A DNA stretch of 64,000 nt from a virus (IMGVR_UViG_3300046698_000515:9566-73565); one strand, 5' to 3'; positions 27,790-37,906 are shown, counted from the first letter of the stretch. The notes: generated from the letters alone by a model not told the origin. Translations and numbers: made by a program.

Positions 27790-28008
27790 ATGGATAATCC
27801 TAAAATTACAGTTCATAAAGGTGAAAAGAATCATTTTTTAAGGGTTCATCTTGATGCAGAACCTAGCGGGATGTTACGATTTGAATCTGAACATGCATAT
27901 ACTAAACCTGAAGCTGATTTTAGAGCAGTTATGCTTTCATCTCGATATGGTTTTGATAGGGATGAGTTACCAACACATCTGATAATCGAAGTATATCCAA
28001 AAGTATAA
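27790..28008 (+). CDS. hypothetical protein
   Basis: ORF between tRNAs. Confidence 0.55.
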   Translation: MDNPKITVHKGEKNHFLRVHLDAEPSGMLRFESEHAYTKPEADFRAVMLSSRYGFDRDELPTHLIIEVYPKV

Positions 28009-28014
28009 TTTAAT

Positions 28015-28088
28015 GGGAGAGTAGTTTAAAGGTAGAACATGAATCCTACAAATTCGAGACGATGGATCGTTACCATTCTTTCCCACCA
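28015..28088 (+). tRNA. tRNA-Val(TAC)
   Basis: TGAAT-CC TAC AA-ATTCG; ACCA. Confidence 0.75.
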
Positions 28089-28094
28089 TTTTAA

Positions 28095-28170
28095 CCCAAT
28101 CAAACTAACCTAGTGGAAGTGCATACCCGAAGAGTATGAAGGTCTGGAGCATAACCAGAGATTGGGACCA
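28095..28170 (+). tRNA. tRNA-Phe(GAA)
   Basis: CATAC-CC GAA GA-GTATG; ACCA. Confidence 0.75.
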
Positions 28171-28174
28171 TTTT

Positions 28175-28248
28175 GTTCTATTCGTCTAAAAGTAGGATAT
28201 TAACCTCTCAAGTTAAAAACACCAGTGCGATACTGGTATAGAACACCA
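28175..28248 (+). tRNA. tRNA-Glu(CTC)
   Basis: TTAAC-CT CTC AA-GTTAA; ACCA. Confidence 0.75.
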
Positions 28249-28295
28249 TATTTTAATATTGATTTTAACTTAAAATATATTATACTTTATCTATA

Positions 28296-28676
28296 ATGGA
28301 TTTATTCAAAAGTTCAGGTAAGTTAGAATATCGTAATGAAGGATGGGTAACTCTCATACCTTCTTCATCTATTGGTAGATACTATAGATGGTGGGTTGAA
28401 AAAACAATTCATCAAAAAACCAACGTTCCAATGAAAGGCTGGCATATTACTGTTGTTGCTGGAAAGTATGAAGATTGCAGTTTACATCCAGCATGGAAAA
28501 AACATGAAAATGAAATAATTGAATTTGAATATGATCATAATGTAGTTGATGATTTTACTTCTTATTGGCTTACTATTTACTCAAGACGACTTGAAGAGAT
28601 CAGATTAGAGTTAGGATTGTATCCTTTTCCAAAATTTCCGTTTCATTTAACGGTTGCAAATCTGAAGAATCTATAA
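28296..28676 (+). CDS. 2H phosphoesterase-like protein
   Basis: Two HxT motifs: WHITVV and FHLTVA. Confidence 0.65.
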   Translation: MDLFKSSGKLEYRNEGWVTLIPSSSIGRYYRWWVEKTIHQKTNVPMKGWHITVVAGKYEDCSLHPAWKKHENEIIEFEYDHNVVDDFTSYWLTIYSRRLEEIRLELGLYPFPKFPFHLTVANLKNL

Positions 28677-28685
28677 ATAATATTA

Positions 28686-28757
28686 CGGAATGTAGCCTAA
28701 CAGTGAGGCCCTAGTTTTGGGAACTAGTACAAGTGGGGGCAGCACCCACCATTCCGA
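28686..28757 (+). tRNA. tRNA-Pro(TGG)
   Basis: CTAGT-TT TGG GA-ACTAG; TATAAATA at 28672-28679. Confidence 0.8.
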
Positions 28758-28771
28758 CACAATTTCGAATT

Positions 28772-28846
28772 GCTCTCAAAGTGTAATGGATTATGCACAA
28801 CTGTCTACGGAACAGGAGGTTCTAGATTCGAATTCTGGTGGGAGCA
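28772..28846 (+). tRNA. tRNA-Arg(ACG)
   Basis: CTGT-CT ACG GA-ACAG; TTCGAAT. Confidence 0.8.
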
Positions 28847-28854
28847 CACTTTAA

Positions 28855-28932
28855 GCTAGTGGATCGAGTAAGTAAACGAACCCGTCTGCAAAACGGTAAA
28901 AATAGTGGGAGCATTACCCACCTCTAGCTCCA
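28855..28932 (+). tRNA. tRNA-Cys(GCA)
   Basis: CCGT-CT GCA AA-ACGG; TCCA. Confidence 0.75.
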
Positions 28933-29092
28933 ATTTTTCTTCTTGCAATCAATCAAAAATTAGTTTATATTTAAAATAATATGAAAGCAGTAATTCAACA
29001 AAAAATTGAAGAATTAGTAACAATAGTTAGAGATCAATCACCTATGAAGTAGAAATGGGATTACCAAATGCATGTGATTGCAAGGATTATTT

Positions 29093-29314
29093 ATGTACAC
29101 AGAAATAAATTTTAAAACTAAAAAACAACTTAAAGAAGCAGTTATACAAGGAGAAGAAATTCGTGTATATCAACCTAATGATGTATTTGATAGTCCTCAA
29201 GCAAAATCAAATTATTCTGGCCGTGCAGCTGTTGAAGGTCCTCATTATCCTGAAGCACATCGTTGGTATGCTTCAGTTGAAATTAAAAATGGATTAGTTG
29301 TCAAAGTAAAGTAG
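29093..29314 (+). CDS. hypothetical phage protein
   Basis: MY..NFKTKKQLKEAV..EGPHYP..H.WYA. Confidence 0.7.
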   Translation: MYTEINFKTKKQLKEAVIQGEEIRVYQPNDVFDSPQAKSNYSGRAAVEGPHYPEAHRWYASVEIKNGLVVKVK

Positions 29315-29372
29315 AAAATTTCTCAAGACAACCGATTGATTTTCTTTCAGAAGACTCAATAATATCATTACT

Positions 29373-29936
29373 ATGAAATTCAAAATCTTAGGTATATTAT
29401 CGGCTGCAGTGCTTATCATAGCACTTGCAGGTCTCACTACAAGTACTACAGGTTGCAAAACAATTACAAACCTTATAGGTACAAACACAACTCAGATTCA
29501 ATCTGATGTAATGTCGGCAGCTACACAAGCTACAACTTATGCTCTTAACCAAGATGCAAAATCACGTATTTATTTTGTTGCAGCGACTGATGTATTGGGT
29601 TCGTTTGTAAATTCAACAAATTCAAACCCAGCAAGTATTGCGGCTGCTCTAGCTGCATTACCTATTAGTCAATTGCAATCACCTGAAGCTCAATTAGCAA
29701 TTACTGCAATTTTAGGAGTATATGATATAACATATGCATCTTATGTACAGAATGCAGTTGATCAAAATGGTATGGCTAATGCTGTACTAAATGGATTAGT
29801 CCAAGGTATAAATGCTGGTTTAGCAGCAGTTCCAGCTCCTGTTGCATCTGCAAGCACAATTGCAAGTTTAACCAATTTAAAATCACCATACATGATTATT
29901 AAACCTGGTTTAGTTCCTCAACAAAAGAAGAAGTAA
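29373..29936 (+). CDS. lipoprotein
   Basis: Signal peptide then TTG-C; Ala-rich helical body. Confidence 0.75.
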   Translation: MKFKILGILSAAVLIIALAGLTTSTTGCKTITNLIGTNTTQIQSDVMSAATQATTYALNQDAKSRIYFVAATDVLGSFVNSTNSNPASIAAALAALPISQLQSPEAQLAITAILGVYDITYASYVQNAVDQNGMANAVLNGLVQGINAGLAAVPAPVASASTIASLTNLKSPYMIIKPGLVPQQKKK

Positions 29937-29954
29937 ATTATTTTAAAAATCAAT

Positions 29955-29984
29955 AGCCTATGGTGAAAGCCATAGGCTTTTTTT
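29955..29984 (+). terminator. intrinsic terminator
   Basis: AGCCTATGG-TGAAAG-CCATAGGCT-T run. Confidence 0.85.
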
Positions 29985-30059
29985 GTGCTAGTATTAGTGC
30001 CCTCTCCTAAAGGGTAAACGTATAAATTGGATAATGTAGGTTCGAGCCCTAGCACACCA
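29985..30059 (+). tRNA. degenerate tRNA-Arg(CCT)
   Basis: GCCCT-CT CCT AA-AGGGT; GGTTCGAG; ACCA; D-arm missing. Confidence 0.45.
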
Positions 30060-30067
30060 TTCTAAAT

Positions 30068-30141
30068 AGCCTAATGGCGCAAAACGGTAACGCAACTCGC
30101 TCTGAACGAGAAGATTAAAGGTTCGAATCCTTTTTAGGCTG
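30068..30141 (+). tRNA. tRNA-Gln(CTG)
   Basis: CTCG-CT CTG AA-CGAG; GGTTCGAATCC. Confidence 0.85.
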
Positions 30142-30326
30142 CACATTTTCATATCCATGTAATGGTACTTCTCGTCCCTTCATATAATCTCTTCTAGAAA
30201 GCTTCAACCATTCTTCATACCATTTCTCTTCCCAAAATTTCTTAGCACTAAAATCAAATTCTAACTGTTGGCTGTGCATGTAGATATTTATTGATTTTTA
30301 TCTATTCACCTATTATATTTAATATA

Positions 30327-30560
30327 ATGAGTAAAACAAATGCTGGAAAAGGTGATAAACCAAGAAATTGTTTTTCAAAAGAATGGTATAAGAACTATGA
30401 TTTAATTTTTCCAAAAACTAGTGGAAGAATAATAGCAGAAAAAATAAGAAAAGAATGTAACAGTTTATCTAACAAGGAAAGAAAAGAATTACTTAAAGAA
30501 GGATTAAAATTAATTAATAGAGGTTTTAAAGGAGTTAGAAAACAAGTTCAAAAAATTTAA
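30327..30560 (+). CDS. small basic protein
   Basis: AGKGDKPRN..Y.KNYD.IF. Confidence 0.6.
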   Translation: MSKTNAGKGDKPRNCFSKEWYKNYDLIFPKTSGRIIAEKIRKECNSLSNKERKELLKEGLKLINRGFKGVRKQVQKI

Positions 30561-30784
30561 AACAACTATTTTACCTTTCTGATGATGTTTATACCTATGC
30601 CGAGTATAATTATGATATCGTAACAAAGGGCGATAATGGAAGCCGATGGTCTTTTGGCTTCGGTTTTGAGTTCTAAACAAGCAATAAACATATAGTTTCT
30701 TAAGAACTACTCTATGCGCTCTGCGTTTAGAGTAGTTCTTGTTTAAGAAGATATTAATACAAAAACAAGCGGTTATAGAATGAT

Positions 30785-31063
30785 ATGAAGAAAAATGTTG
30801 ACTATAATTTATTAGTACAAGCTGAACGTATTAGATATCAGTCAGATTTTTCTTCTGCTCATTGGTTACATCAAGTCATATCAGATTATGAGCGAGGTAT
30901 TGAAGTTAAAATACGACGCGAAGCATTTGAAAGTGTTCTTCGAACAGCAATTAATTTAGGTTGTAAAGCAGCGATAAAACTTGCAAATACATTTCCAGTA
31001 TATGCAGGATTTCCACAATATTTAAAACTATCAAATCAAGGCTGGAAAAAACTGCTCAAATGA
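30785..31063 (+). CDS. hypothetical protein
   Basis: 92-aa ORF. Confidence 0.55.
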   Translation: MKKNVDYNLLVQAERIRYQSDFSSAHWLHQVISDYERGIEVKIRREAFESVLRTAINLGCKAAIKLANTFPVYAGFPQYLKLSNQGWKKLLK

Positions 31064-31128
31064 TCTTGAATGATTTTGACAAACACACACTGAATCGTTT
31101 TCGATATGCACGAGAAGGTGATTAATTT

Positions 31129-31384
31129 AACAAATAAAATAAGTGATTCTTCGCTGTAGAAATATAGAGGAAGCTATGACTGCACAGCAGATGTTTGGGA
31201 GACGTAAGTCGTTAATACCACAAATTAGCAGCAATCCTAAGAAGTCTGAGTGTAGTGTTGCACGTTTGAGGACAAAGTTGGAGCAGCAATTCATAAAGAG
31301 TTGCCTATCGTGAGATAGAGATAAATGAAGAATACTTGAAGAAATTCAAGAACAGAATCATAGCTATAGCTTATTTTATTTGTT
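31129..31384 (+). ncRNA. rnpB: RNase P RNA-like ribozyme (compact, 256 nt)
   Basis: P1 AACAAATAAAATAAG/CTTATTTTATTTGTT; P2 ATTCTTC/GAAGAAT; P3 CTGTA-GAAA-TATAG; GAGGA then P4 AGCTATGA pairing with TCATAGCT after ACAGAA; P5 CTGC/GCAG-CAA; AGATAAAT before the P2 3' strand. Confidence 0.8.
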
Positions 31385-31459
31385 GTTAGACAAAAAATAA
31401 AAATACCTTGTTCTTTTATTGAGTTTTTTAAAATTTAATATATAATGATCTTTAATAAT

Positions 31460-31693
31460 ATGATAAATCGAAATGATAAATTAGCTAATCAACCTTATAA
31501 TATAAACATCTTAAAAGCAACAATTCACTGGTTGTATGAACAAGTTAAACATACTGAAAAAGCGTTGAAAATAACACAAAGACAAAATAATACTAGAGGA
31601 ACTAATTTTAATTTAAAACGGATGAATGAGCTTGCTAATCGGATACTTCATACTGATCATGAAATGGTAGAGCACGGACTCATTTGTGCATAA
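31460..31693 (+). CDS. hypothetical protein
   Basis: Short ORF. Confidence 0.5.
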   Translation: MINRNDKLANQPYNINILKATIHWLYEQVKHTEKALKITQRQNNTRGTNFNLKRMNELANRILHTDHEMVEHGLICA

Positions 31694-31698
31694 TTAAA

Positions 31699-32412
31699 AT
31701 GCAACATGTAACCAATATTTTACGGCAGAGAATTACTCTAAATGTTAATTCTAATTGGCGTCCTCTTGGTTATATGATGGTACGAAGTGCATTTACTGCA
31801 CTTAATGGTGGTGCTGATACATTTGGTGTAACAGGACAACCACCTGCTAGAGCATTCATTATTGATTATGGTAAAGATGAAGAAGGGTTTTATGATTTCG
31901 ATCAATTAATTGAATGTCGTCCTATTGATTGGAGCGAATGGATAAAACAACCTATTCGGGGACATGATTCTGTAGTACATACTTCAAAACTTGAAATTAG
32001 GGTACCTACAGTTATTATGTCAGTAAACATGAATGAAGATCCAGTTATTAAAAAAGGTCGGCCTACAAATCGAGATATTTTAATACGTGATGGATATGTA
32101 TGTCAATATACTAATAAAAAATATCCTCCATCTCAATTAACTGTTGATCATGTTATTTCAAAAGATGAATGGAGACGTAGAGGACTTCCAGGAAGTCCTG
32201 ATACATGGGAAAATATGGTTGCTTGTTATAAGCCTTTAAATCATGAAAAAAGTAATAAAACTTTAGCAGAGATGGGATTAAAATTAATTCGTAAACCAAA
32301 AGCTCCTCCGGCTGTTAGATTGTCTGAACTTATCCGTGAGATAAGACACCAGGATTGGAAACATTTCTTTGAAAAATATCAAGATATGAAAGTTAATATT
32401 GGTAATGAATAA
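31699..32412 (+). CDS. HNH endonuclease (McrA-like family)
   Basis: LNVNSNWRPL, RVPTVI, ILIRDGYVCQY, LTVDHV, TWENMVAC..N..K. Confidence 0.85.
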   Translation: MQHVTNILRQRITLNVNSNWRPLGYMMVRSAFTALNGGADTFGVTGQPPARAFIIDYGKDEEGFYDFDQLIECRPIDWSEWIKQPIRGHDSVVHTSKLEIRVPTVIMSVNMNEDPVIKKGRPTNRDILIRDGYVCQYTNKKYPPSQLTVDHVISKDEWRRRGLPGSPDTWENMVACYKPLNHEKSNKTLAEMGLKLIRKPKAPPAVRLSELIREIRHQDWKHFFEKYQDMKVNIGNE

Positions 32413-32431
32413 ATGTTGACTACTTAAAATT

Positions 32432-32716
32432 ATGAAAACAATAAAATACAAAGTTGGAAAGAAAGAAGATATCGGTGGTATTCCCTGTGGATCTATTATA
32501 TTGAATGCTGTGATGGTATTTGGAGATGAATATGAAGCTTTGATATATTTACCAAAAAAAGTAAAATATGAATTTGATGGAGAACAGAATTTTGAGGTAG
32601 GATGTAGTTCTTTAAGTTTCGCTCTTTTCGATCCTTTTAGTAAAGCTTGGATAAGACTCAAAGAAGATTATTTAAACATAACTTTAAAAAAGTATGAACC
32701 ACGAAAAGGAAAATAA
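32432..32716 (+). CDS. hypothetical protein
   Basis: Packed ORF. Confidence 0.55.
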   Translation: MKTIKYKVGKKEDIGGIPCGSIILNAVMVFGDEYEALIYLPKKVKYEFDGEQNFEVGCSSLSFALFDPFSKAWIRLKEDYLNITLKKYEPRKGK

Positions 32717-32725
32717 CTTGTTAAT

Positions 32726-33016
32726 ATGATTGCATATATAATACCTTCTTACTGTCTTTTAATTATAACAATTGTTTTAATTTTATTGTTACATTATTTT
32801 AGACAGCCTGGTAAAGGTGGAATAATAGGCCATAAAATTAGATGCTCTGATTATCATGCATGGGATGATGCAGTTGCTTATAGGAAAAGAGAACTTCAAG
32901 AATTATTAAATGCAAAACCAAATACTAGAGGGATAAAATTTCAAGAATGGTTACATAATTATAATACTTTAAAACGTGAACTTGTAGAAATAATAGCATT
33001 AGAGCCAAAAATATGA
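32726..33016 (+). CDS. protein with N-terminal TM
   Basis: Hydrophobic N-terminus. Confidence 0.55.
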   Translation: MIAYIIPSYCLLIITIVLILLLHYFRQPGKGGIIGHKIRCSDYHAWDDAVAYRKRELQELLNAKPNTRGIKFQEWLHNYNTLKRELVEIIALEPKI

Positions 33017-33900
33017 GCTTACATAAGTCTTCTAAAAAAATAAAATATTTTTGTAATATTTGTAAAAAACCTTTCTTTTTAAAGAAAAAAATTAGTCATA
33101 TTCCAAAATGTCAAAAATGTCTAAAAAAATATGCAATTGAACGGTATAAAAAAGCGCAATATCATAGATTACCCAGATATAAAGAAAAATTTTTTGGTTA
33201 TAGATTAAAGCATTCTTATAATATAACAAAAACAGATTATGATCAAAAATTGCAACAGCAAAACGGCGTTTGTTGTATTTGTAAAAAACCTGATCCACGT
33301 ACTCGCTTATCTGTAGATCATGATCATCAAACAAATGAAATTAGAGGATTATTATGTCATAGTTGTAATCGTGTATTAGGTGTATTAAAGGATGATGTAA
33401 ATCTATTTCGGTCTTGCTGGTCATATTTAATGCAATTTACTCCAAGAAGAAGTTGGGATGATTATTTTTTAGATATTGCTGAATTAGTTGCATTACGTTC
33501 AAAAGATCCATCTACAAAAGTAGGTGCTGTAATTGTAAGAGATAAAATTATATGTTCTACTGGATATAATGGATTTCCTCGTAAAGTAAATGATAATATT
33601 CAAACTCGGTATAATAAACCAGAAAAATATTTATGGACAATTCATGCAGAAGAAAACGCAATTTTTAATGCTGCAAGAGCAGGTAATAAGATAGAAGATG
33701 CAGTATTATATGTTACTCCTTTATCACCTTGTTCATCTTGTGCACTTTCTATATCTCAAGCAGGTATTAAAGAAGTAGTATATAGAAAAAATAAAGTTAC
33801 ACCACAATTTGAAGAAAGTTGTCAAAAAGCTTTTGAAATTTTTAATGCTTGTAAAGTACTTGTTAGACCATCAGAATTAGATGACATTAGGGATCAATAG
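33013..33900 (+). CDS. Endonuclease VII-type HNH fused to dCMP deaminase
   Basis: CCIC..LSVDHDH..IRGLLCHSCN, then SWDDYF..SKDPSTKVGAV..TGYNG..HAEENA..PCSSC. Confidence 0.88.
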   Translation: MSLHKSSKKIKYFCNICKKPFFLKKKISHIPKCQKCLKKYAIERYKKAQYHRLPRYKEKFFGYRLKHSYNITKTDYDQKLQQQNGVCCICKKPDPRTRLSVDHDHQTNEIRGLLCHSCNRVLGVLKDDVNLFRSCWSYLMQFTPRRSWDDYFLDIAELVALRSKDPSTKVGAVIVRDKIICSTGYNGFPRKVNDNIQTRYNKPEKYLWTIHAEENAIFNAARAGNKIEDAVLYVTPLSPCSSCALSISQAGIKEVVYRKNKVTPQFEESCQKAFEIFNACKVLVRPSELDDIRDQ

Positions 33901-36232
33901 CAACCTTCTTAGAATTAACAACTGGAAAAGCAGGCATGCGTGTTAATTTACTTGTATTTTGTCCAACTTTTCGAGTACCATCTGCAGTTTTAGTTAATGT
34001 CAAAGGAAGATTAACAAATTCATGTGAGTGAGGTATAAACTCAACTTTAACAGGAGCAATAGCAATAACTCTATGATCATCTACTGTTCTAAGTTTTATA
34101 TGTATCTCTTCAGGGGTAACCCAACCTCGCAATTTTGTTGTTTCAGTTTCTTGAACTTCTACTGGTGCAGTAATATGTTGAATAGTTAATTCTCCTTCAA
34201 CATGTAAAGAACCTCCAATAACAACATTTTGAGTAACACCAAAATTCCCGTCAACTAGTACTTGTCCATAATTTTTATGACGTAAAACTATTGATTCACT
34301 AGTAAGAGTCAAACGTTTATCTCCTACAATATTAACTTCATTTTCACTCGCTATATTTACTTGCTCTCCTGCAATATTGATAATTGTCCCACCAAGTTCT
34401 ACTACACCATAAGATTTAATACTTACACCACCAGCACCCACCAAAACATTAAAACGATTACAAACATTTAAATTATAACTTCCACCTGGTAAATCATCAA
34501 CATGTACCAATTCAATTAATGGTGATGCTTTTTGATTAGTTATTACTCCTTTAGGAAGTACTACCACTTCTGATTTATTAATTTTTCCAATTTCATCAAT
34601 CCTAATACTTGGAAAATCATTCATTAGTAGACCAATATTTTCAATTTTATGTTTTGTTATTTGTATTATTTCACTACCACCTAAACCTAATTGTTTTTCA
34701 ATTTCAGCTAATTGTGAAATTTTATCTGTTAGAGCACCAGAAATTAATGTATCTTTATCCTGATTATCAAATGTACCACCTTGGCTTGAGGGACTTATAC
34801 CACTACCTCCGCAACAGGGACAATTTCCTCCATTTAAAAAATTTGAAGGGCTTGCCGCCGGTTGGATTAATTGAGGTGTATTACCTCTAAATCGAGGAAC
34901 TACACCTAGAAAAAGACTGGGTGTATTTATACCTGTAAAAATACTGCTTAATAATCCAGAAGGAAGTTCTGATAAAACACTATTAGTGTTCCAAATATTT
35001 TCTCGATTTGGATTTGAACAAACAGGACAAGAATTATGTCCACCAATACCAGCTGGTTTCTTTTGTTGTCCTTGTGAAACCTTTTTAATATAAATTGAAT
35101 CTTGAAAATATGCTGCTCTTTTTATTTCGAATAGTTGCTTTAATTCAGCTATTTGATCTACAATAGTTTTCCATTGAGTAAATGCATCACGATTTAAATT
35201 TCCTATCTTTTTATAAAAATCTCCTCGTATAATTTGTTCAAAATCTCTTCCAACGAATTCACTTCTAAATCCCTTTGTTGTTAAAAATTGATCTGCTAAA
35301 ACTAACTTTTGATCATTAGCTGTTGCAAGTTGTATAGTTGTTTGATTATTAAACTCTAAAAATGAACCACTATAGTGTGTTAATTTTAATAATTCTCTAT
35401 TGTCAGTATTAACAATTTCAAATATACCACCTTTTTGACTAAAAACAAATTTATTTCGATATGTTTCACTATTATGATTATAGCTACTCATATCAGTTAC
35501 TGTTTTATTTTCAGATGCACCAGGATAATCGATACCTTCATCAGCTGTTATATCAAAAATACTTTTCCAATCTGTATCACCGAAAGATACTGCAAAATAT
35601 ACAGGAAACATAGGATCTCCTTCTCGAAAGAAAATCCATACATGACTCCCTACATTGGGAATACTAAATGTACCTTTCGCACAATTACTGTAACTAGAAG
35701 GTAAATAACTATTACTATATTTGTTAATTCGATTGCTTGAAGCTGAAAGACTTGAACAAAAGGCATCAGCAATTTGTAGTGGTTGTATTTCATATTTACG
35801 TGCAGGTTTTTCTCCAATACCATCCTTGTTTAAATTATATTTTGATAATACTGAAGTAGGTTGTGTTGTTGTAAATTTATTACTATCTGATATAGATGCA
35901 GTATCACTAAAGGCATTATATCGTCCGCTTCCTGATGCACCTACTAAAGGTGCTGCACAATCTGCCCAAGGAAGTATTTCTCTTAATTGATTTATAATGT
36001 TTGAAAGACTGGAATTTATATTTTTACCAAGAAATTTAAATGAAATATCAGTCGTAGAATCAATCCAATTTTTATAAACACTAGGTGATATGTGTGGTAC
36101 AAAAACTTTAATTCTGCCTTGTTTATCAGGATCATTATTTTGTACTACAATACCTAAAAAATTTCCTAGGTATTTTTTCTTATAAGAACGAGCATTTGAA
36201 CTAGGATCAGCATTACTATAACGATTATTCAT
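33887..36232 (-). CDS. baseplate central spike/hub, gp5/VgrG-like
   Basis: OB-fold motifs GIVVQNNDPDKQGRIKV and PNVGSHVWIFFREGDPMFPVY; H.SGS.LE; beta-helix tail ending PHSH. Confidence 0.8.
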   Translation of the reverse strand: MNNRYSNADPSSNARSYKKKYLGNFLGIVVQNNDPDKQGRIKVFVPHISPSVYKNWIDSTTDISFKFLGKNINSSLSNIINQLREILPWADCAAPLVGASGSGRYNAFSDTASISDSNKFTTTQPTSVLSKYNLNKDGIGEKPARKYEIQPLQIADAFCSSLSASSNRINKYSNSYLPSSYSNCAKGTFSIPNVGSHVWIFFREGDPMFPVYFAVSFGDTDWKSIFDITADEGIDYPGASENKTVTDMSSYNHNSETYRNKFVFSQKGGIFEIVNTDNRELLKLTHYSGSFLEFNNQTTIQLATANDQKLVLADQFLTTKGFRSEFVGRDFEQIIRGDFYKKIGNLNRDAFTQWKTIVDQIAELKQLFEIKRAAYFQDSIYIKKVSQGQQKKPAGIGGHNSCPVCSNPNRENIWNTNSVLSELPSGLLSSIFTGINTPSLFLGVVPRFRGNTPQLIQPAASPSNFLNGGNCPCCGGSGISPSSQGGTFDNQDKDTLISGALTDKISQLAEIEKQLGLGGSEIIQITKHKIENIGLLMNDFPSIRIDEIGKINKSEVVVLPKGVITNQKASPLIELVHVDDLPGGSYNLNVCNRFNVLVGAGGVSIKSYGVVELGGTIINIAGEQVNIASENEVNIVGDKRLTLTSESIVLRHKNYGQVLVDGNFGVTQNVVIGGSLHVEGELTIQHITAPVEVQETETTKLRGWVTPEEIHIKLRTVDDHRVIAIAPVKVEFIPHSHEFVNLPLTLTKTADGTRKVGQNTSKLTRMPAFPVVNSKKVAIDP

Positions 36233-36235
36233 ATT

Positions 36236-36970
36236 TTAAACTAAGCTTGACCATTTTAATGATTTAGGAGCTGGAGTAGCAATTATACTATTGCTTATAT
36301 TGTCACTTACTTTACTTGCAGCACTTGTTGCAGCTTGAGTAATATAGTTAGGATTACTATTATAATTTCTAAGTGATGTAGGATTAGTATTGTTACAAAC
36401 TTTTTGAATTTGTAATAATATTTCTTGCTTTAATAATACAAATTGTTCTATTTGTATTTTTTGATAAAGAAAATTATTGACTTGATTTGTAATAGAATTA
36501 GCTGCATTTTCGAGAGTGTTTCCAACTAATGCTGAACGGTTAAAAAAGTAATTGAAAAGAGCATTAGCAATAGGATTTTTTTGAGTAAGTGTTAACAATT
36601 TTTGATTTATACAATCTTGTGCTGCGTCAGAAACTTGGCCAACTAAAGTTGCAACAGCAGTTGATGCATATTTTGCTACTGTTGCAGGACCAGTAGGTGA
36701 GAATGTTTCTCCAAGATTAATTCCAGTCAAATTACCGATAGTTGCATTTAATCCGCTTTTTGCTGGAGGAACAAATATTCCTTCAACATTTCCAATAGAT
36801 AAACCACCAAAAATAGGTAAATTAGGCAAATTTTTTGCTGTTGTAATAGCAATAGATAATACAATGTTAGGTTGTTGTCCAATAGTGCGTATTTGACCTA
36901 AAGCACTGTTACTTTCTCTGTTAATAGAGGTATTAATTGTTGAGAAAAATGATTGGTTGTCAAAAATCAC
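36236..36970 (-). CDS. putative baseplate-associated structural protein
   Basis: Co-oriented directly upstream of gp5-like gene; S/T/N-rich. Confidence 0.55.
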   Translation of the reverse strand: MIFDNQSFFSTINTSINRESNSALGQIRTIGQQPNIVLSIAITTAKNLPNLPIFGGLSIGNVEGIFVPPAKSGLNATIGNLTGINLGETFSPTGPATVAKYASTAVATLVGQVSDAAQDCINQKLLTLTQKNPIANALFNYFFNRSALVGNTLENAANSITNQVNNFLYQKIQIEQFVLLKQEILLQIQKVCNNTNPTSLRNYNSNPNYITQAATSAASKVSDNISNSIIATPAPKSLKWSSLV

Positions 36971-37045
36971 ATAATTATTTAGTATATAAAATTAAAGTGG
37001 CAATGTATTGATTCTGTTATTTTTACTAATATTATATTCAAAATT

Positions 37046-37861
37046 ATGAAAATCTTAGTTAGCCATGAATGTCCTATTAGTTTATTAGAAGAATCGAAAA
37101 AATGGAATGATTATCAATATGCATTGGTTCATTTATTTGAGACTCATCCCAAATATTATGAACATTTTTACAACTGTACCCATCATTGGAATATTGAAAC
37201 CTTACTGGACAACTCAATTTTTGAGCTGAAAAAGGCATTTGATCCTGATAAGTTCAAATATTGGATTGAAGAATTAAAACCAAATTGTTATATTATTCCA
37301 GATTTTCTTGAAGATGCTGAATTAACAGTTGAACAATGTGCTGAATGGCTAGGTACTCAAGGATCAGCAGGACATGCATCAACATGTAGAAAGATTGGAG
37401 TAGTGCAAGGTAAAACTTTTCAAGAATTAGTTGATTGTTATAAATTCATGGATGAAAATGTAGATCAAATTGCAATTAGTTTTGACTATAGTTATTATAA
37501 GACAACTGGAATAGGTAGAACTCCTTTGGAACTAAATGCTACCGGTCGTCAAAGATTTATTACTGATTTGATTAGAGAAGGAGTTTGGAATTGGAGAAAA
37601 CCGGTTCATCTTCTCGGCTGCAGCAGGGCCGATGAATTTAAGTTCTACATAGACAATAATATTTATAATATAAAATCATGCGATACCTCAAATCCAATTA
37701 TAGCAGGAATTGAAGGAATTGCATATGATGGAGATTTTGGATTGAAAACAAAATCAAAAGCTATACTTGCAGATTCAGTTGATATTCAATTAACTGAAGA
37801 TCAAATACAATTAATTAGACAAAATGTAAATTCGTTCAAACACATTCTCCAGAGGTATTAA
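37046..37861 (+). CDS. TGT/DpdA-like transglycosylase-fold protein
   Basis: LLDNS.FE, PD, IGVVQG, HLLG, SCDTSNP. Confidence 0.7.
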   Translation: MKILVSHECPISLLEESKKWNDYQYALVHLFETHPKYYEHFYNCTHHWNIETLLDNSIFELKKAFDPDKFKYWIEELKPNCYIIPDFLEDAELTVEQCAEWLGTQGSAGHASTCRKIGVVQGKTFQELVDCYKFMDENVDQIAISFDYSYYKTTGIGRTPLELNATGRQRFITDLIREGVWNWRKPVHLLGCSRADEFKFYIDNNIYNIKSCDTSNPIIAGIEGIAYDGDFGLKTKSKAILADSVDIQLTEDQIQLIRQNVNSFKHILQRY

Positions 37862-37906
37862 GTAGAAATTGCTTGCAAAATATAAAAAATAAATTAACAT
37901 TTAAAT

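Noticed and set aside
30700-30742. Long hairpin AAGAACTACTCTA..TAGAGTAGTTCTT as a mobile-element end
   Set aside because: Single occurrence, no transposase; more simply a terminator or processing hairpin
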